A stretch of 64,000 nucleotides of DNA. It comes from Macrostomum lignano (lineage: Eukaryota). The position numbers and the translations under genes are program-made. The stretch spans positions 212,818-276,817 of the forward strand of contig NIVC01000266.1 in the NCBI GenBank assembly GCA_002269645.1. Reading direction: 5' to 3'. Under the pieces are notes generated by a model. The model had not been told where the DNA came from and searched no databases. It worked only from the letters and a program-made list of their open reading frames with translations. Below, one piece after another: positions 43,777-53,874 of this stretch. The stretch's first letter is position 1, and every line of letters starts with the position of its first letter.

Positions 43777-46700
43777 TCAATACAGTCTTCCATTTGCACT
43801 GAAATTTTCATTTTTAAGTTCCATTTTAACCATCGGGCTTAGGTTTTTGTGAAACTCATGCAAACATCCATTGACGAGAGACTTACCGCTCTCTCCTTCC
43901 TCGCTACCGGCGATGTAGTCGAAGTGCACGGACAGGTACTGATCACGCGGTGCTTGCTCACCTTCCGGCTCGTCCACGGCATATCGCTTCCGCTCCACTT
44001 TGGCGCAGTCTTCACACGGCAAAAGTGGCAGCTCCTGAGATGCTGTGGCAGCCGGATGCTGCGCTGGCTCTTCTTGTGCGGCCGCCTCCGCCAGCTCGCG
44101 AGGGTCTCGGGCGTCAAAGACTTGCCTCATCGCGGCGGGTAGTCCTCCGAGCCCCTCCAGACTCACGGAGCGCGACAGCCCGTACTGGCTGACACTGAGT
44201 CCAGACGGGCCAACGCCAAACGCCCAACAGCGAACTCTACGGGCTGTCGCCTTGGCCTCGAAACTTGCCACGGCAGATGGAGAGAAGCTGCCGAGCCCGG
44301 CGTCAGTGAAGACAAGCACGTGCCGCTGGCCCGATGGGTCTCGTAGCAGCAGCTGCAGCAAAGCCGTTAGCGCAGGCCCATCCGCACTTGCCGCCTGATT
44401 CGGATCAGGGGCCTCGCAGTTTGTCACCGAGCCAAGCAGTCGCGCCTTGTCTGCTGGGCTCCAGCCGACGCCAGCCGTCTTTACGACACTTACTGACTGC
44501 GAGAACGTCACGCAGCATGTGGAGACATGCTGGTGGTCCAGAGCCTCTGCTAGCGATACCAGGCTGTGGAGCAGCATTGGACGCGACGATACAGTGCTAG
44601 ATGTGAGGGAGACAGCTATGCCTACAGCAATCCTGCGCTCTGTGACTCTGTGCCTTTGTAGCCAGATTTTGTTGCTAGTGCCATTTGTCATGAACCAGTT
44701 CATCAGGCCCCTGATGCTCAGCTTCTTGCCTCTGTTTGCCAGATGGTATCGCATCCGCGAGTGCTGGTTGGAAACTTGAATACTGCTAATAATCCGGTTG
44801 GTGCATGGGTCCACTTTTGCCGCTAATTTCTTCCACATTTCATCCGCTGCATGGATTCCGGTGACATCGCTGAGTTCAGTTAGGTATCGCCGCATTTCGG
44901 GCATACTCAGGTTCGCTACTTCACCGGACAGATTTTCGTATTCGTGATATTGCGTCGTTATCTGTTCTTTGTTTAGCCCAAGGTCGTAGCCTTTATTTTC
45001 GCACTCGAGCCACTCTTCCAAAACATCCTGCCGGGGCTCGGGCACGAACTGACCGCATGGGTCTGGCTGGCTTTGCACTACTTGGGCATTAGCAGCATTG
45101 GTAATAAAGGAAAGTTCTTCAGTCTCGGGGGCAGCAACGAAAGGGTTTTCTGGTCCGCTCCTTTCAATTCTTCCGTATTTCAGACACCAGTCCTCTTCAA
45201 TCCACAAGGCGGAGTAAATTTCACCCGAAAACTGTTGCAGAGAATCCTGGAACAGCTGGGAGCCAAAGCCTCTGTGCTGATCCGTGATTAAAATCACCCA
45301 CTGGCAGTCCAATATTTTCGAATCAGTTGCTAGGAGTTCGTCTGAATGACAATGCAGTTTGTGAAACACCTTGCGACAGGTGTGCGGCATCCAGGGGGTG
45401 TTAAAGTCTTTGATCGTTGCCGGTACGTTTGCCAGGGACATGAAGCCTTCGTTGCTGATTTGAACGCTTTTGTCCCCAGTGAGAACGATTTGAACTTTGC
45501 AGTTGTGCATTTCGGAATGTCTTACAACTCTGAATACAGCACGAGTGAGTTCATTTTCTTTTCGGCCATTGTTTTGCTTTTTCCACAGGGAGCATTTTGT
45601 ATCGATTAAAATGGTACCCCTCGTTTCCTTTTTAAGATTTGCATCTTTATGAACTCTTGTTTCCTTACTAACGGTGCTGAAGGAAGTCAAATGCTGGACT
45701 TGAAACCAATTCGAGGGATCCGCTGTGAAGATAGAAGATTCCTGAGGTGGACGCTGGGCTGGTCTTCTGTAAGAGCGTCGCGAGTGAATTGGAACGTGTG
45801 GGTGAGAGATCTCCACAAAAGTACCTGCTGTACTGGCTTCGTTATCTGAGTCGTCTATTCCAGCACTGAACTCTTGCATCCCAACCTCCAGCTCCGCGTC
45901 AACGTTCGATCGCGGACTAAATTTCATAACCCGACCGGTTGCTATTTCTGTCGATATATCTCCGCCAACAGCACCTTCCACTATGCTGGCATCTGACAGA
46001 TGACCAAGGTGGCCCCTTAAAGGATCAAAACTGCTATCAGCTGCATCGCTTTCTTCAAAATTGGTTGCTGTCGTAGAGGCAGCACTGGGTCCTTCTGCAG
46101 CTGATGCTGGGTTTCCCTCTTTTTCTATCTTTTGTGCATGCTCTGACATGAAAGTAGAATCTGGCTTGCCCTCAGCCGTTTCTTCCGGGAACGAATCAGT
46201 CGGTATTGGCGCTTTTAGAGCTGCACCAAATGCTTCTGACTTGGCTGTTTCTTCCTGTGCAGAGGCTCCTTTACTCGCTTCTGTTGGTTTTGTTTCTTCA
46301 GTTGATTTTTCATCAGGTTCTGTCGCAGCTTCAGATTCTTCTGCATTCGGAGGTTTCATTTCGCTTTGATCTGTTTCCCTGCTTTCTTTTCTTTCTTTAT
46401 CATTGATATCGCTCGTTTGGTTTGTATCACTCGGTGACTTACTTTCGGTATTCTGACCAGCTTGCTTTTCTTTTTCTGTCGGTTCCGAATCGTTTGGTGC
46501 GAAAGTTTCCTCTTCAGTCTGTAGCTGGTCAGTTTCTGATTCTTCTTGCGAATCTTTAGCGGATTCCACATCGCGAGAGGTTTCGTTCTTGTTCGTTTTC
46601 TCAGAATACGACCCCACTTCTCCTTCCTGTTCTCTTTGCTCGGAACGGGATTCTGCTGCCCCGGCTTCTTCTACTGACTGACTCTGTTCATCACTAGTTT

Positions 46701-49653
46701 CCAATGGATCACTATTTGGACTGGATTCAACACATGAAGAGTCACTGTCCTTATGCTCTAAGAGCTCCTCCGCAGAAGACTCATCCTTGGGTGCCGTCCC
46801 GCCAGACTCGCTTCTTTCAGTCCCCGAGCCCGAAGGATCCGCAGACTCTGTCTGGCCAGACCCGCTTTCATTGGTTCCTGAGCCGGAAGGATCTGTAGAC
46901 TCTGTCTGTCCAGACCCGCTCTCATTGGTTCCCGAGCCCAGAGGATCTGCAGACTCTGTCTGGCCAGACCCGCTCTCATTGGTTCCTGAGCCGGAAGGAT
47001 CTGTAGACTCTGTCTGTCCAGACCCGCTCTTATTGGTTCCCGAGCCCAGAGGATCTGCAGACTCTGTCTGGCCAGACCCATAGCCACCAGTCGAGGAGTC
47101 TTTTGCCTCCGACTGGCCCATGATTTGCTCGTCGGTCCCCATTGAAGGCGGAGGACTTTCAGTCAGACCGCTCTTCTCTGCATCAGCAATGGCCTCCTTG
47201 GCATTCTGAACTTTGTCCATCCACTTTTTGATTTCTTCTCCTCGCGGTCCAGCCAGGTCACTTTCAGTGGGCTGAGGATCTGAGCCTCCGCCTTCATCCA
47301 GCGAAAATCTATCAGCGTAGCTGTTAGCGATCGCCGACTTTAGCTCCTTTCTTAAATCCTCTTCCTTCGTAGTGGAGCTGAGAGCAAATCTGAATGCGCC
47401 GCTTGCATCTTTGTTGTTGATATTTGCACTATAGGACACAACTGTAGCTGCTTCTGTCCCATCCTCTTTTCCTCCAGAAATCACCAGTTTTTTCATCGGA
47501 TTTTTCTCACGACTGTCCAACTCGGTCTCGTTCTCGATTTCCTTCTCGTAGGCATCAATGCCGCAAATTGCCGACTGAACAAAGTCCACCCCTTTTATAA
47601 TCGCGTGTGTTGCGGCACGAGCAAGCTGCAGAAGTACCTGGCAAAATTGGTAAAAAAGCCACTTGATTCCCGAGTTTGATTCGACCTTTTCCCTCATCTT
47701 CTTGATGCTGTCATCCATCTTTTGCTCCAATTTCTTGAGAAGTTTTCGAACGCTACTGATTATTTCTTTGATTAATTTCTTTATACTGAACGTGCTGTTC
47801 AGTCGGATGTCCCAGTCAAGAAATCTCCGCTGGTTCTCTCGTTCACCAAAGTTTAGCATTACTTCGACGGAAATAATTTTGAAGAAAGTGACCTTAAACC
47901 GCGCGTAGAAGCACTTTTTGGCGGTGTCTGTCTCTATCTTGGCAGCTACTTCGATAATAAAAAATATGCTCACTTTGACGTCCATCAGGAATTTTAGTCC
48001 CGTTGCTTTGCTCACAACCAAGTGCAGCTTTGGCCCCGCCTTGCCGTCGGTGCTGCTCACCTCAAGCAGGTCGAGCAATTTTAAGGGCTCTACGAGCTCA
48101 CCTCCGAACTCAATCTTCTTATCTTCGCCATGAAAGGTAAAGCCTCCCCATAGTTTAGCGTTCATTCCGAGCCAGTTGATGGCCGCATCGAATTTGACGC
48201 ACGGTCCGATCTCATATCTTTCCGTTAAGCCTTCCGGGTTGCCTCCGCCTACGTCTTCCGGTGTTCTGACAGCTTTTTCAGTCATTTGCTGCTGACCGTC
48301 AGGAAAACTATGGACGAGGAATTTTATTGACTCCATATTTTCATTGGCGGCGAGATAAAGAAAGAATAAATGGTTGAAGCCCGGCAGCAAGAAGTCAACG
48401 TTGTTCGCCAAGACTTCATCAACGCCAAGAAGCTTTAGAAGATTGGAAAACCGCAGGGTCTGCTCCTCGTCTTTTTGAAATCGGAAGTAAGCCCCTACAG
48501 GAACGACACGAGTAGGTGTAACCAAATCTTCTTTTCTTGTCATGAATCTAATGCGAAACTCAATGTCGCTCTCGAACAACTTCATGGCAGCTGCTACTTC
48601 AAAGCTTAATGCGTCTGGCGGAACGGAAATCGAGAGCTGCATCGAAGCGGAGATCAGTGTTAAAAACTTTAGACCAAAGGGCGTTGGCCAGGCCAAGTCA
48701 TCTTCGCCGGTTATTTTCAGAGTACCTGAAATTTCTCGCTTTTTGCCACTGCTTTCGATGCTAAGCCTGCCTGAAAACTCAGCTTTGTGTTTGGCGTTTC
48801 CTAAGAATTCGGTGGGAAGATTTATATTCATCTTGGCATCCAAGAAAAGCTTGGTTATTCCTTGAGTCTTCTTTAATAACTTGCCATCTGCATCAGTCTG
48901 CTTTGATGACTCTTTAGCTGCTTTAATGTGCACGAGTCCCAAGGAGAAGCAGAGCGACACGCAACCAAACAGTTCCACCGAGCCGCACTCGATGTCCAAA
49001 CTAAAGCCGCTGCTCACAACGCTAAGACAGCCAGAAAAGGTTTTTCCCGTCAAGCTTAGAAAGTCGTACAGCCAATTCTGCGGCATGGTCGCCTTGAATG
49101 ACAAGACTGCAAATGGTGTTTGTTTAGTTTTCTTCACGCATTCAGTCACGAAAGTTGAATCGTAGTTCATTAATTGCTTCATTTTATCAGATGCCTCGCT
49201 CAGCCTTTCACTGCAAATCTGTTCATTCGCTTTTTTAGAGCGCAGAAGCAGCACGAGCTGTAAGTTGTTGAACACTGGGATAAGCTCGATTGATTCGACC
49301 ACTTCAAGACCGTGCCAGATTTCGCTGAGTTTCCCTTCGTATACTACGCACACTAAGTAGAAGAATTCTTTTTTCGGGAATCCACCCGTCATTCCAACCT
49401 GAAACCCTTGTGGATTTCTGCAGGCAATCGCAAACTTCTTTTCCTTTAAGTAAACTTTCACCGCGGCTCCACTTTCTTTCAGGTTGACCTCCCCAATCCG
49501 AGCAAGGGCGCTGCTGAAGCAGCTGTCCAAGGAATCCTGGTCGACAATGCTGCTGGCTTGCAGCTTGCCGTCGGATTCACCGGCATCTGCCGTGAGCTTC
49601 GGCTGAGACTTCTTCTGAAGTGTCAGCACACCGTTCGGCAGATCCAGCACCAT
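43777..49653 (-). CDS. MDN1: C-terminal ORF segment (1958 aa): beta-rich region, helical segment, D/E/S-rich region, vWA-like domain, midasin-type vWA
   Basis: Long open frame. vWA strands RIAVGIAVSLTSS...HVLVFTDAG...CWAFGVG. Continues by a +1 homopolymer frameshift into 43542-43811 and a last exon ending near 43300. Confidence 0.85.
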   Translation of the reverse strand: MVLDLPNGVLTLQKKSQPKLTADAGESDGKLQASSIVDQDSLDSCFSSALARIGEVNLKESGAAVKVYLKEKKFAIACRNPQGFQVGMTGGFPKKEFFYLVCVVYEGKLSEIWHGLEVVESIELIPVFNNLQLVLLLRSKKANEQICSERLSEASDKMKQLMNYDSTFVTECVKKTKQTPFAVLSFKATMPQNWLYDFLSLTGKTFSGCLSVVSSGFSLDIECGSVELFGCVSLCFSLGLVHIKAAKESSKQTDADGKLLKKTQGITKLFLDAKMNINLPTEFLGNAKHKAEFSGRLSIESSGKKREISGTLKITGEDDLAWPTPFGLKFLTLISASMQLSISVPPDALSFEVAAAMKLFESDIEFRIRFMTRKEDLVTPTRVVPVGAYFRFQKDEEQTLRFSNLLKLLGVDEVLANNVDFLLPGFNHLFFLYLAANENMESIKFLVHSFPDGQQQMTEKAVRTPEDVGGGNPEGLTERYEIGPCVKFDAAINWLGMNAKLWGGFTFHGEDKKIEFGGELVEPLKLLDLLEVSSTDGKAGPKLHLVVSKATGLKFLMDVKVSIFFIIEVAAKIETDTAKKCFYARFKVTFFKIISVEVMLNFGERENQRRFLDWDIRLNSTFSIKKLIKEIISSVRKLLKKLEQKMDDSIKKMREKVESNSGIKWLFYQFCQVLLQLARAATHAIIKGVDFVQSAICGIDAYEKEIENETELDSREKNPMKKLVISGGKEDGTEAATVVSYSANINNKDASGAFRFALSSTTKEEDLRKELKSAIANSYADRFSLDEGGGSDPQPTESDLAGPRGEEIKKWMDKVQNAKEAIADAEKSGLTESPPPSMGTDEQIMGQSEAKDSSTGGYGSGQTESADPLGSGTNKSGSGQTESTDPSGSGTNESGSGQTESADPLGSGTNESGSGQTESTDPSGSGTNESGSGQTESADPSGSGTERSESGGTAPKDESSAEELLEHKDSDSSCVESSPNSDPLETSDEQSQSVEEAGAAESRSEQREQEGEVGSYSEKTNKNETSRDVESAKDSQEESETDQLQTEEETFAPNDSEPTEKEKQAGQNTESKSPSDTNQTSDINDKERKESRETDQSEMKPPNAEESEAATEPDEKSTEETKPTEASKGASAQEETAKSEAFGAALKAPIPTDSFPEETAEGKPDSTFMSEHAQKIEKEGNPASAAEGPSAASTTATNFEESDAADSSFDPLRGHLGHLSDASIVEGAVGGDISTEIATGRVMKFSPRSNVDAELEVGMQEFSAGIDDSDNEASTAGTFVEISHPHVPIHSRRSYRRPAQRPPQESSIFTADPSNWFQVQHLTSFSTVSKETRVHKDANLKKETRGTILIDTKCSLWKKQNNGRKENELTRAVFRVVRHSEMHNCKVQIVLTGDKSVQISNEGFMSLANVPATIKDFNTPWMPHTCRKVFHKLHCHSDELLATDSKILDCQWVILITDQHRGFGSQLFQDSLQQFSGEIYSALWIEEDWCLKYGRIERSGPENPFVAAPETEELSFITNAANAQVVQSQPDPCGQFVPEPRQDVLEEWLECENKGYDLGLNKEQITTQYHEYENLSGEVANLSMPEMRRYLTELSDVTGIHAADEMWKKLAAKVDPCTNRIISSIQVSNQHSRMRYHLANRGKKLSIRGLMNWFMTNGTSNKIWLQRHRVTERRIAVGIAVSLTSSTVSSRPMLLHSLVSLAEALDHQHVSTCCVTFSQSVSVVKTAGVGWSPADKARLLGSVTNCEAPDPNQAASADGPALTALLQLLLRDPSGQRHVLVFTDAGLGSFSPSAVASFEAKATARRVRCWAFGVGPSGLSVSQYGLSRSVSLEGLGGLPAAMRQVFDARDPRELAEAAAQEEPAQHPAATASQELPLLPCEDCAKVERKRYAVDEPEGEQAPRDQYLSVHFDYIAGSEEGESGKSLVNGCLHEFHKNLSPMVKMELKNENFSANGRLY

Positions 49654-52600
49654 GCCAAGCCGCAGCTTAAACAGGTCAAACAGGCAGAACAGCTTTCCTT
49701 TCCCGAATCGCCGTCCGCAGGCGCCTTGAACGCACCGAGCTCCTCCTCGCTCTGTGGCGTCTGATTAGCTTCATTGGTATTCTTTGCTCTTTCGAGCTTC
49801 AACTTTGCTCCAAGGCAAATAATTTTAAAAGGTTTTATCTGGCCCGTAGTCTCACCAATCACTTCTAATTCGAAAGAATTCAGTGTTCTGTCGGGCTGAA
49901 TCTTGGCTTCAAAATGTAAGAGCTTGAATGTCAGATCAATTTTTTTACTTAGAGATTTAACTTGCTCCTCGAGTTTGAATTTCTCGGCAACAATTGCAGC
50001 CAAATCTCCCAGGCTAAAGTCGATCTTTTGTCGAGGAACAACTATGGTCCATGGTTGCTTTATCTCCAGGGGTAGCTCGACCTTGCAGTCTACGATTCGC
50101 AGGTGCTTCACTTCAGGTCTTCCAAGACAAAATGCGAAGTTCAGAGTCGCAAGCTTGAAACTGCTGTCAAACTTTTTATCGCTGCCCTCTTCGCCATTCG
50201 CAGACGCGCCAGCTATTTCTTGCTGTTTCTTTTCAACTCGAATCTTCAAGTCCTCGAGTCGGAGTAAGGTGCAGTTTGGAATTAGGCAAAGCCGCTGCAG
50301 TCCGAGCACAAGTACCCAAACATCGGGTTCCACCGCCTTCGTCCAGCTGAAATGAACTCCAACATCCGTAAGTATGAGGCCAAAGTCTGGCAGACTTGTC
50401 TTTAGCACACGGCCAAACAGCTCGTTCAGTTTGATGTCTTCCGGAAGCCTTGCAGTGCTGCCGGTTCCGTCAAAAGATTCCGGCAATTCCAACAGCCAGC
50501 ACTGGCGACCTTTTTCAGCCGGTCTGTGGAATTTCAGTTTGAGCCTACCCAGTCTAAAATCAGCCAGGGTCAGGTCAGCTGTCAGCTTGAAGTCAGACGT
50601 CGCTGAGTTGGAGTAAGTCCACAAGAAATCGATTTCAACAGATCCCAGCTTCAGTAGACTTGTGAAAGGCAATCTCAGCTCCTTGATTTTTGCCTCAAGT
50701 GTCAGTTTATGAGTCTGACTCGCGGCGGCTTTGCTTTCTTTACCAGACTCTCCAGCTTCTGATGACCCGGTTTTGATGGAACGGCTTTCTTGGCTGCTCT
50801 TCGATGCTCCAAGCTCTGTCCTGTTCTCGTACCTCACTCTGAGCTTCTCAAATTTCACGAACTTAAGAAGTGGGACGTCAACTAGACTTGAGTTGATCTT
50901 CAGCAGTTCAGCAAAGGGTTTCATTAGTTCCACCAGAGTAAATTGGGCTTCAATATGAGCATTCAATGTGAACTGCATTGAGTCCTTGTCTCTTTTAACT
51001 TCTGACACGTAATCTAGGATGGGCAGAGTAAGGAATTGGATTTTTCCTTTAAGCGAGACCTGAAAGTGCCTGTCCTGATCGAAACTGGTTACTTTCATGC
51101 TGAATTCCGAATCTGTGAGCTCAATCTTCATCAGGCCTTTCTTCAATTTAATCAAGTCAATTGTCATCGCCAGCTCGCAGGTTTTCTCTTTGAAGTCTAA
51201 ATAGCCACTGACGAGCTTGTCAAGATTGGTTCTGACCAGCACTTCTGGTATTGCCTCGGCTGACACTTCGAAATTCTTAGACACAAACGTTTGAAGACTG
51301 AAAGTTCCTGTACCATTTTGACGCGGCAAGACCTTCAACTCGTTGCTGGATGTCAAAACAAATCTCGAGCCATTGTCTTCACATTTTAGTAGAAGCTGAC
51401 AATCAAGAATGTCGAATACGGCATAGAAAGTGCACTTCGTTGGGCTTTCAGTTCTTATCTGCACACAGAAGGCTTTGCCTGCTAAGAGCTTTGAGACTCT
51501 GAATGAGTAGCTCTTGGTCAGAGTTTCTAGTAAGAATCTCTTTAAGCTGTTGTCGAAATTCCACTCGATATCAACAGCTGTTTCGGTAAACTGCATTACT
51601 GATGGAACACCGTAGTTGGACAGGTCAACACCCCGCCCCATGCATTCTGCCAGCAGGGACACTACGTCAGTACTTGAGTAGTGCGTTTTCAGATCGCACT
51701 GACTGACTGCCCAATGCTGGTCGTTGATGGGGTAGGAGGCGGACAGAGTTGGAGTTTTCAGCTTCGCGCAGTTTCCCAGCTCCAGAACCATTGACAGACT
51801 TGGATAGCGGAGCATTTCGTCAATGAGGGTGTGCACCTCTCCTCTGCTGGTGCTCAGCTCTATTTCTGTAAGAGTCAACATAGGGCTGAGGCTGACGGGC
51901 TTCATATTAAGCATCATTTCTAATTCTTTTGGCTTCGTCCAATCGTTCCACTCCATCGAGTAGTTGCATTTTTCAACCATGACTCCTCTAGTGGCTTCAT
52001 TCTCTCGCGACAGCCGGCTCGCTACAAGTACAGAAAGGTCGAACGGCTCAATAGATTTGTCATCGGTTTGTAGCTTCCAACAAGTTCTTTTTTCTGCATT
52101 CCTATCCGCTGTCTGACACTGCAACTTGTTCTCATGCTCACACAGTAGAATGCTGAAGTGTCCTAAGTTCTGTCCGTGCAGAATGAGATCTCCCTCAATC
52201 AGGCTGCCGCACCATTTCTGATGCGCGGCCTTCCTTCCATGGTTCCGCAACACCATGCTGACTGACCGCAGCACAAGCTGGCTATCAACCTCGGAGTGAA
52301 TGTCAGAAGAAGCTTTTGCTGTTAACTTTAGTTTCCATTTTGATATGTCAATGCGAATTTCCACTCCGCTGATTGGCACATTCGGGAACGGCTGCTGCAC
52401 CTCCAAGTTCATGTCCTTCATTAGCTTGAGCAAGAGGCTTCCTCCATCATCTTTCGCCTGACTGGAAGAACAAAGCGTTAGTTGCAGCTGCTTGGACTTA
52501 CCGGCCCCTGTTTCTTGTGCTCGTGTTATTTTTAAATCAAACTCGATGCCTAAAAGCGACAGCAGATCCATCTTTCCTTTTATGCGCACGACCATGTCCG

Positions 52601-53153
52601 ACGGCTCCTTGCCCTCGATGACCAGCTGGGCCTCGTAAAACTGCATACTCGCTGTGTATTGATTCTGCATCTCGAATTTGGAGATTTGCGCTTCCATGCT
52701 GACTTGGCCTGATGAGTCAACCCGAAAGCTCTCCACACGATTGATCTGAGACTTTTCTGACAAGCCTGCCACCTCCTCGTCGGAGGCTTTGAAGATTTGC
52801 TTGATAAACATACGAAGATTAACTTTTTTCGTTTCCGCTATCTTCGATTGAAACTGAAGTTCGGCGATAATATCCGATGAAACTCTCGCGAGCTTGATGC
52901 CGAACATGCTCAAAACTCCCTTCACCTTGCACTTCCAATGCCCACTCGACTCGTGAAGATGCAGCTCTACTTCCCCTATGCTGAAAGGAAAATTTCGATT
53001 AGGTAGTTCGAGCGCTCGGTTTTCTGGCGCACTTATTATGACTCGCGCATCAGACTGCTGCTCTTTGATTTCCATGCTTTGTACCGATAAAGTCAAGACC
53101 TGCTTAGCAGAAAACCAACTTATGAAGGCCAGCGACTCAGGGACCTCTTCCAA
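49623..53153 (-). CDS. Central ORF segment (1176 aa): beta-strand-rich linker
   Basis: Long open frame with alternating hydrophobic/polar pattern; joined to its neighbours by single-base frameshifts near 49690 and 53170. Confidence 0.85.
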   Translation of the reverse strand: MEEVPESLAFISWFSAKQVLTLSVQSMEIKEQQSDARVIISAPENRALELPNRNFPFSIGEVELHLHESSGHWKCKVKGVLSMFGIKLARVSSDIIAELQFQSKIAETKKVNLRMFIKQIFKASDEEVAGLSEKSQINRVESFRVDSSGQVSMEAQISKFEMQNQYTASMQFYEAQLVIEGKEPSDMVVRIKGKMDLLSLLGIEFDLKITRAQETGAGKSKQLQLTLCSSSQAKDDGGSLLLKLMKDMNLEVQQPFPNVPISGVEIRIDISKWKLKLTAKASSDIHSEVDSQLVLRSVSMVLRNHGRKAAHQKWCGSLIEGDLILHGQNLGHFSILLCEHENKLQCQTADRNAEKRTCWKLQTDDKSIEPFDLSVLVASRLSRENEATRGVMVEKCNYSMEWNDWTKPKELEMMLNMKPVSLSPMLTLTEIELSTSRGEVHTLIDEMLRYPSLSMVLELGNCAKLKTPTLSASYPINDQHWAVSQCDLKTHYSSTDVVSLLAECMGRGVDLSNYGVPSVMQFTETAVDIEWNFDNSLKRFLLETLTKSYSFRVSKLLAGKAFCVQIRTESPTKCTFYAVFDILDCQLLLKCEDNGSRFVLTSSNELKVLPRQNGTGTFSLQTFVSKNFEVSAEAIPEVLVRTNLDKLVSGYLDFKEKTCELAMTIDLIKLKKGLMKIELTDSEFSMKVTSFDQDRHFQVSLKGKIQFLTLPILDYVSEVKRDKDSMQFTLNAHIEAQFTLVELMKPFAELLKINSSLVDVPLLKFVKFEKLRVRYENRTELGASKSSQESRSIKTGSSEAGESGKESKAAASQTHKLTLEAKIKELRLPFTSLLKLGSVEIDFLWTYSNSATSDFKLTADLTLADFRLGRLKLKFHRPAEKGRQCWLLELPESFDGTGSTARLPEDIKLNELFGRVLKTSLPDFGLILTDVGVHFSWTKAVEPDVWVLVLGLQRLCLIPNCTLLRLEDLKIRVEKKQQEIAGASANGEEGSDKKFDSSFKLATLNFAFCLGRPEVKHLRIVDCKVELPLEIKQPWTIVVPRQKIDFSLGDLAAIVAEKFKLEEQVKSLSKKIDLTFKLLHFEAKIQPDRTLNSFELEVIGETTGQIKPFKIICLGAKLKLERAKNTNEANQTPQSEEELGAFKAPADGDSGKESCSACLTCLSCGLAWCWICRTVC

Positions 53154-53874
53154 GCAAAAAGAGATTATGCTGAATTATCTTTGTGCTGCACTCAGCCTCA
53201 AAAGGGTCGATTTTTAGCAGCGTTTGCGACATGTCGATTGTTCCTTTAAAAGTACTTTTCTTTTTTGATTCCTTAACCTGCATCTTGCCCGTTAGTAAAA
53301 CAGTTTTCGTGTGTTGAATTTCCAGTTGAACGTCTTCGAAACTGAACAACTTGAAAGCCGGCCATCCATAATTGATTTTTTCATCGAAAGTCAGCTTAAA
53401 GAAGTTCGAGTCTTCAACCGCAGCAATCATAATTCTGTTGCATATTTCTTTTGCTCTTTCGTTCCAATATGGAATTTTGGTGGGCAGAAAATTTCTGAAA
53501 ATAAAAACATCGCTCGGTTTCAAGAGTTTGATTTGAAAGAAATCATCTCCCGAGGAGTTGGACTGAAGGCTGAGGTCGACCTCGTTTCCTTTTCTTGTAT
53601 CTCCTGAGCTAAGCACAGCTTTTAGTTTGGCAGAGAAAACTCGCCTCTCCATATCAATAGAGAGTTTTCCGTGCAGATCCGACATCTTTACTTGGATTCC
53701 AAGAAACCGATGGCAGTCAGCTGACTCTACAGCAAAACTGATATTTGCGAAGTCTTTTGAGCCACGGAGTAACAGTTTGTACCGCTGAGCTACCAATTGA
53801 AACTCATTGGTTTTGCTGCTTCCAATTTTGAATCTGGTATTGTGATAACACTCGCTTATTGCTCTAGTTAAATC
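53137..53874 (-). CDS. Linker ORF segment immediately downstream of the LINE insertion
   Basis: In frame with 54825-55229 once 53875-54824 is removed (…EKEQT|DLTRAISEC…). Confidence 0.8.
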   Translation of the reverse strand, partial: DLTRAISECYHNTRFKIGSSKTNEFQLVAQRYKLLLRGSKDFANISFAVESADCHRFLGIQVKMSDLHGKLSIDMERRVFSAKLKAVLSSGDTRKGNEVDLSLQSNSSGDDFFQIKLLKPSDVFIFRNFLPTKIPYWNERAKEICNRIMIAAVEDSNFFKLTFDEKINYGWPAFKLFSFEDVQLEIQHTKTVLLTGKMQVKESKKKSTFKGTIDMSQTLLKIDPFEAECSTKIIQHNLFLLGRGP

